Positions 30,401-42,500 of a DNA stretch of 64,000 nt are shown one piece after another. Each line of letters starts with the position of its first letter. Within the stretch, counting starts at the first letter, position 1. The position numbers were made by a program, and so were the translations under genes. Origin of the DNA: a bacterium (GTDB taxonomy: Bacteria; Zhuqueibacterota; Zhuqueibacteria; Zhuqueibacterales; Zhuqueibacteraceae); assembly GCA_044869275.1 (NCBI GenBank), contig JBIOXB010000014.1, positions 1 through 64,000 of the forward strand. Direction: 5' to 3'. Under the pieces are notes generated by a model. It saw nothing but the letters and a program-made list of their open reading frames with translations. It was not told the DNA's origin and made no database searches.

Positions 30401-31332
30401 AAGCGCGTCGTTTGCTCGTCCGGGCCTTTGTGCTCGACTTCATACAACGAGGTATTTTTATCGATCTTTTGCTTCTCGGATACGGCGGCGGCAAATTTGC
30501 CAAAAAAAAGTTCCTGATTGTTGTGTCCGACGATGTTGCCCAGCGGATCCACCAGCGCGATTTCGTACAACAATTCCTGGCGGTCCTTGTAAGCGTCGTG
30601 CAGCAGCTTGCAAATCTCATTGCCCAAAAAGTCGTTCAACAGGGCAGGATTGTATTCCAGGTTGCGCGTGACTTCGGCATCGACACTGCGCAAGGAAGTC
30701 AGCAATCTATTGAATTCGGTTTCCTTGGCCTCGTAATGAAAATACAAATACCCCACTGCGACGAGGGCGATCAACGCCAGACACGTACGCACCCAGTATT
30801 TCGCTTTGAGCGAGAAGGGGATCGCTTTGACTGCGGACTTGAAGACGGGAATGCCGAAGAAGGACTTTTTGGGGCTGACCGTCTCGAAGCTTTTGGTCAT
30901 GCGCAGCTCATTGCCCTCTTCCGTGCGGCGATAGTCGATCTCGTCCATGAGCTTGCGCATCATGAAAATGCCCAAGCCGCCCTTTTTGCCAATTTGCACG
31001 TAGCGCTGCAAGTCCGGGTCTTGCACGCGGCGGGGGTCGAAGAACTTGCCTTGATCGATCAGGCAGATGGTGAGGCTTTGCTTGCGAATCAGCGCGCGAA
31101 TGGTGATGAAGCCTTCGCCGCCGGCCTCGCGATAAGCGTGGCGCATGAGATTGGTGCTGGCTTCATCCACGGCCAGCTTGAAAGCATTGACGACCTTGTC
31201 GGGGAAGGTATATTTCCTGCCGATGCGCACGACGAAATCGCGCATATCCACCAGGTGATCGGTGTGGGCAGGAACCTTGAGTTCTTCTTTTATGATTTGT
31301 TTGAACAACTCGCTACTCCGCGACCGCGCCAA
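27433..31332 (-). CDS. Membrane-bound bifunctional partner-switching regulator: RsbW-type HATPase kinase, TM, extracytoplasmic domain, TM, HAMP, SpoIIE PP2C, tandem HTH, disordered linker, TPR
   Basis: LAVDEASTNLMRHAY, DQG, GGLGIF; two hydrophobic helices; EIGEIAQAF HAMP; GGDYYD, ADVSGKG, YTDGITEA, SDDIT; C-terminal TPRs; TTG start. Confidence 0.88.
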   Translation of the reverse strand: MARSRSSELFKQIIKEELKVPAHTDHLVDMRDFVVRIGRKYTFPDKVVNAFKLAVDEASTNLMRHAYREAGGEGFITIRALIRKQSLTICLIDQGKFFDPRRVQDPDLQRYVQIGKKGGLGIFMMRKLMDEIDYRRTEEGNELRMTKSFETVSPKKSFFGIPVFKSAVKAIPFSLKAKYWVRTCLALIALVAVGYLYFHYEAKETEFNRLLTSLRSVDAEVTRNLEYNPALLNDFLGNEICKLLHDAYKDRQELLYEIALVDPLGNIVGHNNQELFFGKFAAAVSEKQKIDKNTSLYEVEHKGPDEQTTRFEVYDVITKLQTRGDPPEERTLHIRAYKAYVDDRIAAVRWEYARVAASVILLGCVGAFALVYILMTPLHRLAEWVRLADHGEMGDEMDIDSSTEIGEIAQAFSEITSKFRESQKSLADQERLQKEMQVAQEIQQTLLPREFPELDGYELASHYEAAREVGGDYYDFVEVDKDTLGVVVADVSGKGVPGSLVMTMIRQALRTEARGVKDAAEVLARVNKTVIDDMKRGMFVTLFYVIIDSKRRRLNYASAGHNPMILYRPSSKKTYYLNPRGFPVGIRLPDDELFRKSIESDTIQLAEDDILFIYTDGITEAMNAQRDLFGEERLLKIIRENGVLRVKPFVEKIKDEILSFTAGEMQSDDITLVAIKEKTSPEKVELQRAKQAHQFIVGGKSIREACELVGITTYAYYNKYKKEFEERGVESVEVDAEIEVEAKHIAIEDKVKIFDIIKNHPEYGAKRISEELNTEAYGSTLIPENKIYDELVRNRLNTRQLREGFVARGGRTKRPMKPPGTPLLTLSGEVILDRSRAFESAAKPPRPMPPPAPPAIPPAKKESKERPAAPPAPPAAREAPEARVVHKKKETTPEVETVSLFTPIEELLASEEALPPDTPASPPPREQGPSRVLDKEKIRSAGNPPVVRPVSHTDTVGISFEDLFAGGTMLEEFHGQRPSANPETPAAESSPPASASIAELQKEEGSALSVFQGGEERHKSDEDFSAVDDLLRREIDFSFSGALPGEALPVREDQTLEREHLTGADSKTAEEAEGAPEDRRQHEGEVGLPFVELDELMTYAGTENLAVPLEEDPDLTAAAAVGETFAGEELARPAAGSPDFNGNGKEATTDVPQSLHTTAMILPPKEQGHTEPSEDEREQLLIAGLRFYRAQQFEEAIREFERAIVLFPNFKEAHSILGNAYFRNRMYEEAARAYQRVKQLDASDTTAYENIGVIYANRGEYMEAMKEWQRVLEIDSSRDDIRRKIELAGRMMMKRAVTA

Positions 31333-31585
31333 AGATCGTCAAAAAAGGGCCATCAGCTACGCACCGTTCCGGCTCCACGCCCGAGAGGGGGAGGCCGTTT
31401 TTCCAATCCCCAGTTTCGCTTGCAACCATGCCCTTCCCGGGGGCGGGACAGCCATCGTACAGCGGAACAAAGTGAAGGCGGTTTTTGGCAACCGCCTTCA
31501 AAAATCGTCAATTCAAATCAAAGTTGCAAGGAAGGATTTTCGAGGCTGCCATGCCCGCAGGGCAATTTGGGGGCCTCGTGCCACG

Positions 31586-33592
31586 CTACTTCCGGTTCAG
31601 CTTGTCACGTGCTTGATCGATCGCGTCGAGAATGTATTTGTTAAAGCGATCTTCCGTCTGAATCTCTTCGAGAATCTTCAGGGCCGCAGCGTAGTTTCCG
31701 CCCTGGCTCAAGCGCGCGGCTTCGGTGAAGCGCTGGCGCAATTTTTCCGTGGCGAATTCTTTGACTTTCGCGTTTAGGCGCGACTCGGCATCAAAGATGT
31801 AACGCTTCGCCAGCGGATTGCCCGGATCCGTCTTCAACACCTCTTGGAAGGAGCTGACCGCCGAGCGATAATCCCGGCTGTTATAATATTGCACGCCCTG
31901 CGTGACCAAATCCTTCACATTCAATTGTGTTTGCAATTTGGCCACCAAGTTGGTGATTTCGTTTTTCTGGCTGGCGCTCAGACTGCCGTCGCTCAAGGCG
32001 CGGTTGTAAAGCTGCACCGCTTCGCTCAACTTGCCCTGTGCCTCCAGGCTGCGCGCGCGCTTGAGCAAGTCGGTGACTCGACCATCGAGTTCGCGCTGCG
32101 TTTCGTTGATCAATTCCTTCAAGCGTGGATTGTTGGGCGCGCGGTTCAAACCGATCTGCCATTCGCGAATGGCTTCGCGGTAATCGCCGGCGGTGAAATA
32201 GTCCATACCGCTTTTGATTTGCGCGGCCACGGCCAAGCTGTCCAATTCGCGTGTCTTTTTGGCCGCGGCAATCTTTTCCAGTTCTTTTTCCTTCAAGCGT
32301 TGCTCTTCCGCGAGCTTCTCTTCGGATTTTCCGGCCCACTTGCGCGCGTCTTCATCGCCGGGGAAGATGCGGCTGGCCTCGGTATAGCGCAGCTGCGCCT
32401 GGAAATATTCACGGCGTTGAAAGTACTCGTTGCCATCTTCCATGGCCTTGGCAAAATCCGCTTGATTCTGCAAATGCAATTGGCGCTTGACTTGATTTTC
32501 GGCGCGATCCTGTTCTTTGCGGCGCTCGGCCTCGATCAGCTCGGTTTTGGTTTTGCCGAGCTGCATGGTGATGCTGATGCGATGCGGCGCGTTCAGGCCC
32601 TCGGTGCCGTTGACATCATTGGAGTAGTTTGCCATGGCGTAGTCAATGGTGAAGTTCTGATACGTCACGCCGGCGCCAAAGCTGAACACCTGGCCGTTAC
32701 TCCCCAGGCGCAGCATGGCGCGGTTTTGATACACATACTCGGCGCCAAATTGCAGGCGGCTGGGCGTGCCTTCCACGCTGTTTTTGAAATTGAACAGCAG
32801 ATTCACCACGTCCGCGCCGTCGCCCAGATGCACGGGTTTGGCAAGCGAAGCGCGAAACGTGCGCGGTGGAATATCGGTTTCCGTGTCCAGACGCAAACGC
32901 GGCTCGATCAGATTTTGTATGGCCACACCCAGGGACAAATCCTGCCAAATGCCTTCGCCCAGGTGTGGGCGGTAAATAAATCCCAAGTCAAACGATACGC
33001 CCGTGGCCGCGTCAATATCCGTAAACGTCTGGCGATCATATTTGATCGTCCCCCCCACGGACAGGGCGAAAGGAAATTCCTTGGCGTATGAAATCAAAAA
33101 CTGATCCTGGCCGAAAGTGGCAATGCCGGTTTCCTGGCTGGTCAAGTCTCTGCCCTGCACATCACCGACGTCCCAATGCAGCCAGGCCACGCCAAAAGTG
33201 CCCACGCGCAGGCTCGGATGCGCATAGCCGACATAGTTGTATTTCGCGCCGGCCATCAAGGGCGCATAGAACAAGGTGACATTCTTGCGCTGCAGCAATT
33301 CCAAACCGGCAGCATTCCAAAATATCGTCGTGGCATCGACCGGCATGGCAATCGTAGCGCCGCCCAATCCAATGGATCGCGCACCCGCGCCCAATGCGAA
33401 GATGGATTCCCGGCCGGCAGTTTGCGCCTGCCCGGTATGCGGCAGCAAATGGAGGAAACTGCACATCAAGCCAAAGACGATTGCGTGCCAGCCCAGCGCA
33501 CGGCGTTTGGCTTTGGAATTGCCCCGCGCATCAGCCTTGCCTTGCATTCTTTTCATTTCATCACCTGAGGATTGCAATGCTCGTGCTTTCAT
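31586..33592 (-). CDS. PorV/PorQ-family outer-membrane beta-barrel fused to a coiled-coil/TPR region
   Basis: ALGAGARSIGLGGA...DATTIFWNAAGL PorV-like N-motif; amphipathic strands ending IDYA..HRIS; multiple TPRs; ATG overlaps giant gene stop (TAATG); alternative start 33556. Confidence 0.8.
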   Translation of the reverse strand: MKARALQSSGDEMKRMQGKADARGNSKAKRRALGWHAIVFGLMCSFLHLLPHTGQAQTAGRESIFALGAGARSIGLGGATIAMPVDATTIFWNAAGLELLQRKNVTLFYAPLMAGAKYNYVGYAHPSLRVGTFGVAWLHWDVGDVQGRDLTSQETGIATFGQDQFLISYAKEFPFALSVGGTIKYDRQTFTDIDAATGVSFDLGFIYRPHLGEGIWQDLSLGVAIQNLIEPRLRLDTETDIPPRTFRASLAKPVHLGDGADVVNLLFNFKNSVEGTPSRLQFGAEYVYQNRAMLRLGSNGQVFSFGAGVTYQNFTIDYAMANYSNDVNGTEGLNAPHRISITMQLGKTKTELIEAERRKEQDRAENQVKRQLHLQNQADFAKAMEDGNEYFQRREYFQAQLRYTEASRIFPGDEDARKWAGKSEEKLAEEQRLKEKELEKIAAAKKTRELDSLAVAAQIKSGMDYFTAGDYREAIREWQIGLNRAPNNPRLKELINETQRELDGRVTDLLKRARSLEAQGKLSEAVQLYNRALSDGSLSASQKNEITNLVAKLQTQLNVKDLVTQGVQYYNSRDYRSAVSSFQEVLKTDPGNPLAKRYIFDAESRLNAKVKEFATEKLRQRFTEAARLSQGGNYAAALKILEEIQTEDRFNKYILDAIDQARDKLNRK

Positions 33593-36500
33593 TACTTCAC
33601 CACCGCGACTTTGGTCGTGACCGTGCCAGCGCTGGTCTTCAACACGGCCATATAGACGCCATTGAAAACCAGATCGCCATTGCCGTTCCTGCCGTCCCAT
33701 TCGATGAAGCCCTGGCTCACCCCGTTGGTGCGCGCGCCGGCTTTGCCCTGGGGATCGGTCGATTTGAAGGACTTGGTATAAACCAATTCTCCCAGCAGGG
33801 TAAAGATGCGGAAATCCACCTCGGAGTCCTGCGGCAGGGAGTAGTTGAACGTCGTCCGGCCGTTGCGCACCGTGGAGAACGGGTTCGGATAATTGTAGAA
33901 TGAATCTTCGTAATTGGCGCTCGACAGCACCGCGGCCACGGAAGTGATCGTGCCGCCCGCGAGATTGACCTGCACCTGCTTTGACGGTGAGTCCGCGTTT
34001 TCTGCAATAATATCGTTGCCGCTGCGCACCGTCAGGAAGAAATCATCGGCGGTCGCGGCATTGGCCACGTCAACCAAAATCGTGGCTTGCTTCGAAGCGC
34101 CGCCGAAAACCGTGTCGATGATCGCGAAGTTGAGCGTCAGCGGATTCGTATTCGGAATCTCTGTCAGTTGCCCGAGCACCTTGTTCGGATCATCGCCGGC
34201 CACCACTTGCACGCGCGCGACCGCCGCGTTGGGCGGCAGGTCCTGGTTTTGACTATTGACGACGTAAAACTTCAGAGTTTTCATCACGATATTGCTGGAG
34301 CCTTCATTGCCTTCGTTGCGCCAATCCAGTGCCAGCACGGGAATGCCCTTCTGCTGGCTGATCACCGGTCCGGCTTTAATGCCCTGGCTCGCGCTGATAT
34401 CGGTCACCGTCAAGATCGTCTCTTCGGTGCGGATGTTCAGAGTCCTTTCCACGACGCTCGCCGGTGCTTCATCACCCGTGTTCCTGTCGTTGGGATAAGG
34501 CTTATTCAACGTCAGCGTGATCACCTCCGCAACCACGGAGGGGGTGTTGCGCGCCGTGACCTGCCATCTGGCTTGGCTGTTAATCGTGGTTTTGGCCAAC
34601 GGTTCGGCGGTGGTGTACCCGGCCGGCAAAACCAGGTTGATACTCCCGGCGCCCACGGTATCTGCCTCGCCTCGATTTTCCAAGATTGCCGTGATTTCGA
34701 ACGGCTGCCCGATGCTGGCAACATTATCCAATGCTACCGATTGCGGATATGTAATGGAGGCGGACAAGAACAAGTCTGCGCTTTCGACGATGTCAACCAC
34801 CAAATTCGACGAGATGGAGCTCACTTCGCTGCCGCTGTTGGCATCCTTGCCAGTGACGGTGACGTAAATCTGTTGCTGCGACAGCCGGTTACGCGGCGCC
34901 CGCATCTGCCAAACACGCGAGGTTTCGACGTCCAAGCTGTCAAACCTTTGGATTCTGTCCGCTTCATTGACAAAACTGAACCCTGCTGGCACAACCAGTT
35001 CTGCGCGCAACGTCGTCAGATTGCGCCCTTTAATCAGGGCACGAACTCTGAATTCTTGTTGCGTGCTCAACGTATTGTCCGCTGCCCCAGCCGGCTCGTA
35101 AATATAGAGTTGATCTACAAATAAAGTGCCAACCGAGTCCGTGCGCACGGCTTTGTTGATGACAGAATTGTCAATTCCGCGATTCCATACTGCCGGGCCG
35201 CCACTATTCTCATCATTCAACCGATTCAGCAATTGCACAGTCAGTATGCTTTCCGGTGTCGGTATGGGTGGCGCTTGCGCAATCCATTCCACCACGCCAG
35301 AGCTACCACTTGAGATGTAGATTTTCTTCTCCAGGTCGTCTGTGGTAGTAACACCAGTTTCACCCAATTGCAGACGAACGGTGGCAGTGTCAACCGCGGC
35401 AGCCACACCCTGGTTAGCCAAAGTCGCCCGAATCGTGAACGTCTGATCGACAGTCAATGCGCCGGTCGTATCCTGGCCCGGCTTGATAAGCTTGACAGAA
35501 AAATCAAGCGTGGCTTGCTGGACGGCTTGAACACGCACGGTGTCGCTGTTCGTCACTGGTACACCTGTGCCATTCTCGGTGACTCCTTCAGCCTTGATGA
35601 TAAACGAGCGTGTATCCACCGGTGCACCCGGCACTAGTATCTCCCAGCTTTCTTGCGCGGAGAAATCAAAAATCGTGGCTGACGAACCGGATCTGAACTC
35701 GTATCCAGTGTTGGAGGGCAAAGTCAACGTGATTTTCTTTTGTGCCAAGTCTTTGCTGAAAGCCAGGGAAGATTCAATCTTGAAAGTCTGGCCGGTGGAG
35801 ACCACGCCGTCCTTCGCGCCTTCGGGGTCGATAATGACGGATTTACTGATATTCAAATTTGAGAACACGACGTTCACCAAAGCACTATCGGCGGACTTCG
35901 CTACTATCGCGCTTGCGGCACTATTCAGATCCCTGGGCACCGTGGTCATATTCACAGCCAGTGGGCCTGCGGTAGCGGAATCCGGTGCCTGTAGCCTCCA
36001 CACCACTCTCTGACCCGGGTTGAATGGCTGTTCCATGCCGGGATCGAGGATGGTGAATCCGCTGCCTTCCGGCAGGCTGAGGGTGAGGCGGCCGGATTGA
36101 TCCACCTCGGCAGCATTCGGAAGGTTACTTACTTCGGCGTTCAGCTCAAATATCTGATTCGTGGTCAGATTATTGAAATCAGCATTGACCTCAAGCGCCA
36201 GCTCTGCCGGCAATTGGATGCGGACTTGCGCCGTGGTATCGGCGCCGCGATTGATGTTCGCACGGCCGCCGCTGATGGCCGCGGTGGCATCCAGAACTCG
36301 CGCGACGAAATTTTCCGGCTGATTGTCCGGAGTTGCCGCGGCGATTACCTCAAATCTGATCTGGCGCTGTTGTCGTTGCGGCAGAGAAACAATGGTTTGC
36401 TGCTGCGCTGGAATGTGCGAGCTGTTGGTGCTGGAAACCAGTTCGACCAGGACGTCTCTCACGTCTTCCAGACTGCTGTTTTCAACTTCGACTTCGATGG

Positions 36501-39500
36501 CAAAATTCTGATTGGTATTGACGGAGCCGACGTTCGAGTTTTGGAAGAAATGATTCACGATCGGCCGCGTGAAGGTGATTTTCACCGAGGCGATGGTTTC
36601 GATTCTGACTTCCCCATTCTTCTCTGCGCTCAAGGCCAAATTATTATTTCGATCCTTGCCCGCGATCAGAGCGTGAATCGTGGCCGCGCCGCCGCGCCGG
36701 CCGGTATTATCCACGCGATACAGCAACGTGTCAATCTCCCCGCCGGGCAAAATCAAATTGCCGTTGCGCGAGAGAAACGCAGGAGGCACGATGGTGTAAT
36801 CGTTCTGCTGCGCTCCGTCAATCGTGATGGTGAGATTATCGTCGATAGGCGGATTGAGCGCAATGGCCGCGCCGCCGTTGTTGCGCAGCACCACGGGAAT
36901 CGTCCAGGGATTGTTCGACTCGGCCGGCACCACTGCAGCAGAAGGATTGACGCTCACAATTGCCAGCTCGGCACGCCGCTGCACGATCACGTCTTCGGTG
37001 TTATCGACGGGCTGCTCTTGTTGCGCCGTCGTGCGGGTATTGTGCGCCTTGGCTGAAATAATCGTGGCGGTGAATCTTTCACCGTTGTTTTCCTGGTTGC
37101 TCGCCATCACGGCAAAAACTACGCTTTGGGGTGAGCCGGAGGAAACGCTGGGTATGAGCTTGTCGCTGGGAGGATTGATCGTAGAACTGCCGTTGGAAGA
37201 CAGCCGGACGATCACGCTGTCCGCCGCCTCCCCGCCGCGGTTTTCAACTTCCACTCGCACTTCAAAGGGCTGGCCGATGTTCACGCGCGGAGCATTCGGC
37301 GCGGAAGCCGGCACGATCGCCGTGCTGGTGAGGCGCAAGCTCGCCGCGGTCTGTACGGTGACGAAGCTGCTACCGCCGCTTTGTGTATCGTCCGAACGAG
37401 GATCGTCGCTATTCACCTCGATGGCGCCAATTTGGCCTGTGATGTTGTTCTGGCCCACTTGCGAGCCGGTTTGCGCGATCTCGAATCTCAGCGTACGCTC
37501 GCTGTTGCCCGCAATGATGTCGCCGCCCCCCACCAATGCCGTCGGCTGAGGCATGAAATAGCCTGCGTTCGGTGAAAAAGTGAGGCGAGTCACCGCTTGG
37601 TCAAATGACACGCGTACACCGCTGCCGCCGTTGTTCCTCACCAGCATGTCAACCGACCACACTTGCGTTTGGTTCACGGTCACGGTTTGCTGCGAGGGAG
37701 TCAACGAAACGATGTTCAGCGCCGCCCGCGATTGTACCTCGAAGCTGCCGTTGTTGCCGCTGCTCCGCGCCTCAAGCTTTTGATTGTTGGAGAGATCGAC
37801 GACGCGAATATAGCCCTCTACCGTGGTGCCTCCGATTTTCTCGCCAGTCTTGCGAATCTCAAAACGCAATGAATCACGGGCCCCAGCGGCCAAATTGGTA
37901 TTGTTGGAGCCCAAAAATCTGCTAGGTGTTACAACATCAAAATCTCTGGTGACATCTCCGCCATTCAACAATCGCAAGCCCACGCTATCGAGCTGCGCGG
38001 GAGAATTGCCGTTGTTGGCCACGGTCATCACGATGCTCCAGGGCTTTAACATCCCGGCGGTGACCTTGGTCTGCGTGGAATGCATGCTGATCACCTGCAA
38101 GTTCGCCGGCGCGGTGACGCGCAATTCATTGCTCGCAAAAGTGACGTCGGAAGAGTAATTGTTGCCGTTGTGCGCGCCGCGCAACTGGAGCGTCGGCGCG
38201 TAAGCAGTCTGCGGCATGTTCACCGGAATGTTCTCTCCCACGAAGGTTAACGTGGTATCGCCCGGTGGAATGCTTCTCACCTTGTTAAGATCCAGATCGG
38301 CGCTGAAAGTGACGCCGCTGCCGAACACAAATCTCGTGGGCGTGGGAGTCGCCGTCAAATCCAAGGTGGCGGTGCCGCTGTTGCGCACGCGAACTCTGAA
38401 AGCGTATTGCGTGCCGTTGTTGACGGTTTTCGGGGTGAGGCTGTTGGGAATGTAAGTCACGTTGGGTGACGTTTGCACCGTTACGGATGAGCCATTATTG
38501 GTCGCAACGCGCGAAGCGCTGCTATTGAGCTCCGTCGCCGCCACTTTAGCCCAAATGAATGCCAGGCCGGGGGCAGTGCCCGTCGTGTTCACGGAGAAGC
38601 GCAAGCTGTCCGTGGTATTGCCGGCTAAATTCAACGAGCCCGTGCCCAGCCAGCTCGGCTGCACCAGGCTCGAGGCATAGCCGGATTGAAAAGCATTGCC
38701 GATACGGAAGCGCACGTTCGTGGAGGTATCCACTTTCACGCTGACCGTGCTGCCGCCTTGATTGCGCACCACCAGTGTAATCTGCCAGGGATTGGTCTGC
38801 TCGGCCGTAACCGAGGGCCGCGAGGCGCGCACCTGTTGGATGACGAGATCGGCCGGGGTCTGCGACTCAATCGGCGTGCTCACCGGCGCAGAGGCGATTG
38901 GCGGGCCGCTGGGATTGTTGTAATCCGTGCCTTTGAGGCGCAGCGAAACTGGCAGCGAGCCGATTTGGTTGCCGCTGCGCGTGACGGTGACTCTCAGGGC
39001 TTTCACTTCATTCGCCGCGATAATCGAATCGCCATCGAGAAATGCCGTGGGATAGCTGAAGTTAAAAGCCGGGTCGCTGCCCACGGTCACTCGGGTGGAA
39101 TCCGTCGAGTAACGAACCGCGCTCTGGCCGGTATTGGTAACGTTCGCGGTGATGGTCCATGGCGAGGTTTGGTTCCGTGTGATGGTGGTTTGCGAGAATT
39201 GCAAAGCGCCACTAATATCCAGCGTACCGCGCATCTGCACCGTCACTTCACCCGAACCACTGTCATTGGTGTTGTCGGATAGGGGCTGGCCCGCGCCGTC
39301 CGTGCCCGCGACAAAGCCGACGATAGTGGCCCTGCCGGCACTAAGACCGGTTTGCGTAATGCGGAACGTCAAAGCGCCAGTAGCATTGCCCGGCAAAACC
39401 GTGCCGCCGCCGTCCAATGCCGTGGGATGTTGAATGCCATACTGCGAAGTCAAATCAACAGCGCCGATGATGAAATGGATAAGCGTCTTGTCCTGAGCGA

Positions 39501-42500
39501 GACTCAGATTTACCGGCGAGTCGGCAGAGTTTTGTAATTCCATGCGCACGGTCCACGGACGCGTCATGTTCGCGGTGACGCTGGGCTGCGAGACCGTGAT
39601 TTGCGTGATACCGAAGGCATTGCCCGGAATGACGGTCCAGCTATCGGGGGTGGTGGCGCCGTTCAAATCATGGGCAGAGGCGCCGGAGTTGGCATCATGG
39701 CCATAGGCTTCGGCGTCGATCACAATGTCGCCCAGCACTGCACCGGTGCGCACATTGACCACGAAACTAAAATCCGCCGTGCCGTTGCCGGAAATACTCC
39801 CAGGATTGTTACTGTTGGGGATGACGGCGTATCCGATCGATTGATCGACCGCGCCCTGACGGAAGCGCAAACGAACGCTGTCGATCACGGCGTCGGCGGA
39901 AAACTGCACGCCCGAATTGTTCGCCACAGTCACGTTGACCGCAATGCCGTTTTGCCCGCCCGCCACGGTCGTGGGCGCAGTGTTCACGATTTGCACCGCA
40001 AGCTGTGCCGGGCGTAGCACCTGCCACGTATCCGTGGCGTTCGCGCCGAGATCATTGACCGGAGTGCCATTCACGGTGCCTGAGATGTCACCATCGATAG
40101 TGATCATCTCGAGAGCCGCGTTATTGCCAACGGCAACGTTGAAATTCAGATTAACCGTGCCATTACCTGCAATAGTTGTGGGGTTATTTGCCGCCGGTGT
40201 CACGATGTAATCCGTGTTGCGGGGCTGCGTGCCGGTAAAAGTCAAGCCGCCTTGCAAAGCTTGGATCGGCGTGGTGCCCAAATTCTGCACGGACATGCTC
40301 ACACTGGCGCCGGTTTGGCCGCGCGTGACAAAAGAAGGCACGGCAACAATCTGTATAATGCTCAAGCTGCCCAGATTAATCGTCGTGCTGCCAGTCGCGC
40401 CTAAACCACTGTTCACACCGATGGTGGCGACACCGCCAGCAATGCCGGCGCGGAAGGTAAAGCTCAAGCGGCTCTGGGCATTGGTTTGAATCTGCTTTCC
40501 CGGCGTCACCGGATCGACGTCCGGGTCTGTAATCTCACCTGAGGCTGGAGGTGTTACCGCCACGGTAAAACGGCGATTGGGACCGACTTCATTATTATCC
40601 GCATCGCGAATGACCGAACTGATCACAATGGCGGTGGCTGTGCCATTCGCCGGCAGACTGTTCGGATTAGGCGTCAAATCCACCGTGCCGCTGGGATTGC
40701 CGGGCCGAACCGTGATTTGGCCGGTGGCATCCGAAATAACGCCGCCGGTATAAGTTCCGACGATCGTCCCATTCACGGAGCCGTTCGCCGCTCCCAGAGA
40801 AGGCGAAAATGTGAGCGAGGAGCCGGTCGCGCTCACGGCCGGAGAGAGGTTGCCGGTGTTCGACCAGGTGACATTCACGTCGCCAAGAAAATTGTTGCCG
40901 GCGTCATAACCTGCGGCATGAATTGTAACCGCGGAATCCGTGGTCATGTTATACACGCCAAAAACCTCGCCGCCGCGATTGGCGGCGGTGCGCAACTCGA
41001 CTCTCGCCACCACGCCGCTCACCACCGTGATCGTGCCGCTGTTGCCATCGATCACCGTGGCAGTCGGGTGATTGGCGCGAATGGATCCGCTGCCGATCGT
41101 CCCGGCGGTAAAGACGGTTGAGAGGCCATTGGCATTATTGACGGTGCCCATGCTGCCATCGACCGCCCAACCCACGATTTCATCGCCTCTGTAGTTGTTC
41201 TCGGCATCAAAGCCACCGGCGTGAACCGTGAGTTGCTGGCCGGGATTCATCGTGATATCGCCTTGCGGCGCGGTGGCGCCGGTACCGCCGGACAGCACTA
41301 CGACGCGATGCAGCGGGCCGACCGTGATGTTGATCGTACCCGTGGTGTCAAAACCTGCCGCGGCATGCGTGGCGCGAATCGTGCCATTCGCCGGCGCGAG
41401 CGTGGGCTGAAAGGTGAAGTTGGTGACGCCTGTGGCAGTGACCACTGGAGCCAGCGTGCCGGCGCTGCTCCAGTTCACGGCTTCGTCGCGAATGTAATTG
41501 CCGTCGAAATCAAAACCGGCGGCGTAAAGGCGCAGCTCCTGAATGGCACTCAGGGATTTATTGCCCAGCTCGGCACCCTGACCGCCGGGGTTCTCAAAAA
41601 CTTTAATGTAAGAAAGCTGGCCGGGATTGACGGTGATGATGCCGGTCAAATCACTCCCCGCCGAGGCATGATCCGCGCGAATCTGGCCGCGTCCGGTTTT
41701 TGTCGGGTTGAAAGTCGTGCTGGTGCCGCTCAATGGAGAAACGCCGCCAATGGGGTCACCCGTGATCGTCCAATTCACCGTGACGTCATTCTTATAATTA
41801 TTATCCGCGTCAAAACCGCCGGCGTGCACGGTAAACGATTCGTCCGTGGTCACGGAGCGCTCGTCCACCGGAAGCAGATTGCCGGCATCGCCGGTGAGAA
41901 TGGTGAGGTGATGCAAATTGCCCGTGATCACCGTAATCACGCCGCTGGAATCGTCGCGCGCCGAGACATGGTTCGCCACGAGGCGCGCCGCGCCGGGCCG
42001 TGTCAAGGTCAAATTGGTCGAAGCGCCGTTCGTGGGATTCAAAGCGCCGATGGCTTCACCCAAGATGCTCCAATCCACCGTTTGATCGCCGAGGTAATTG
42101 TTCTGCGCATCATAACCGGCGGCATGGACTTGAACCAGGTCGTCTGTGGTCCGGGACAGGTTGCCAAGCTCAGAGCCCTGGCCGGCGGGCCCAAGCACGA
42201 CCTTTACGTAGCTCAAATTGCCGCTCTGCACCGTGATCGTGCCGGTGGCGTCATCGTCCAATGAGGCGTGGTTCGCCGTGATCACACCCGAACCGGCAGT
42301 TGTGGCCGTAAAGCGCGTGCCGATGCCGGTCGTCGGAATGAGGGTGCCGATTGGAGTGCTCAGTTCCCACGTCACGCTAACGTCTGTAATGCGATTATTG
42401 TCGCGATCAAAACTGCTGGCGTGCATATCCAGGGGAGGATCGCCTGTGACCAAAGTTGCGTTGTTGACTTCACTGCCATTGCCGGAGAGGCCGGCCAGAA

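Noticed and set aside
34900..36000. Slightly lower-GC segment within the giant gene (about 52% in a 240-nt hand count)
   Set aside because: Small sample and modest shift; could reflect amino-acid composition; needs a GC3 sliding-window analysis
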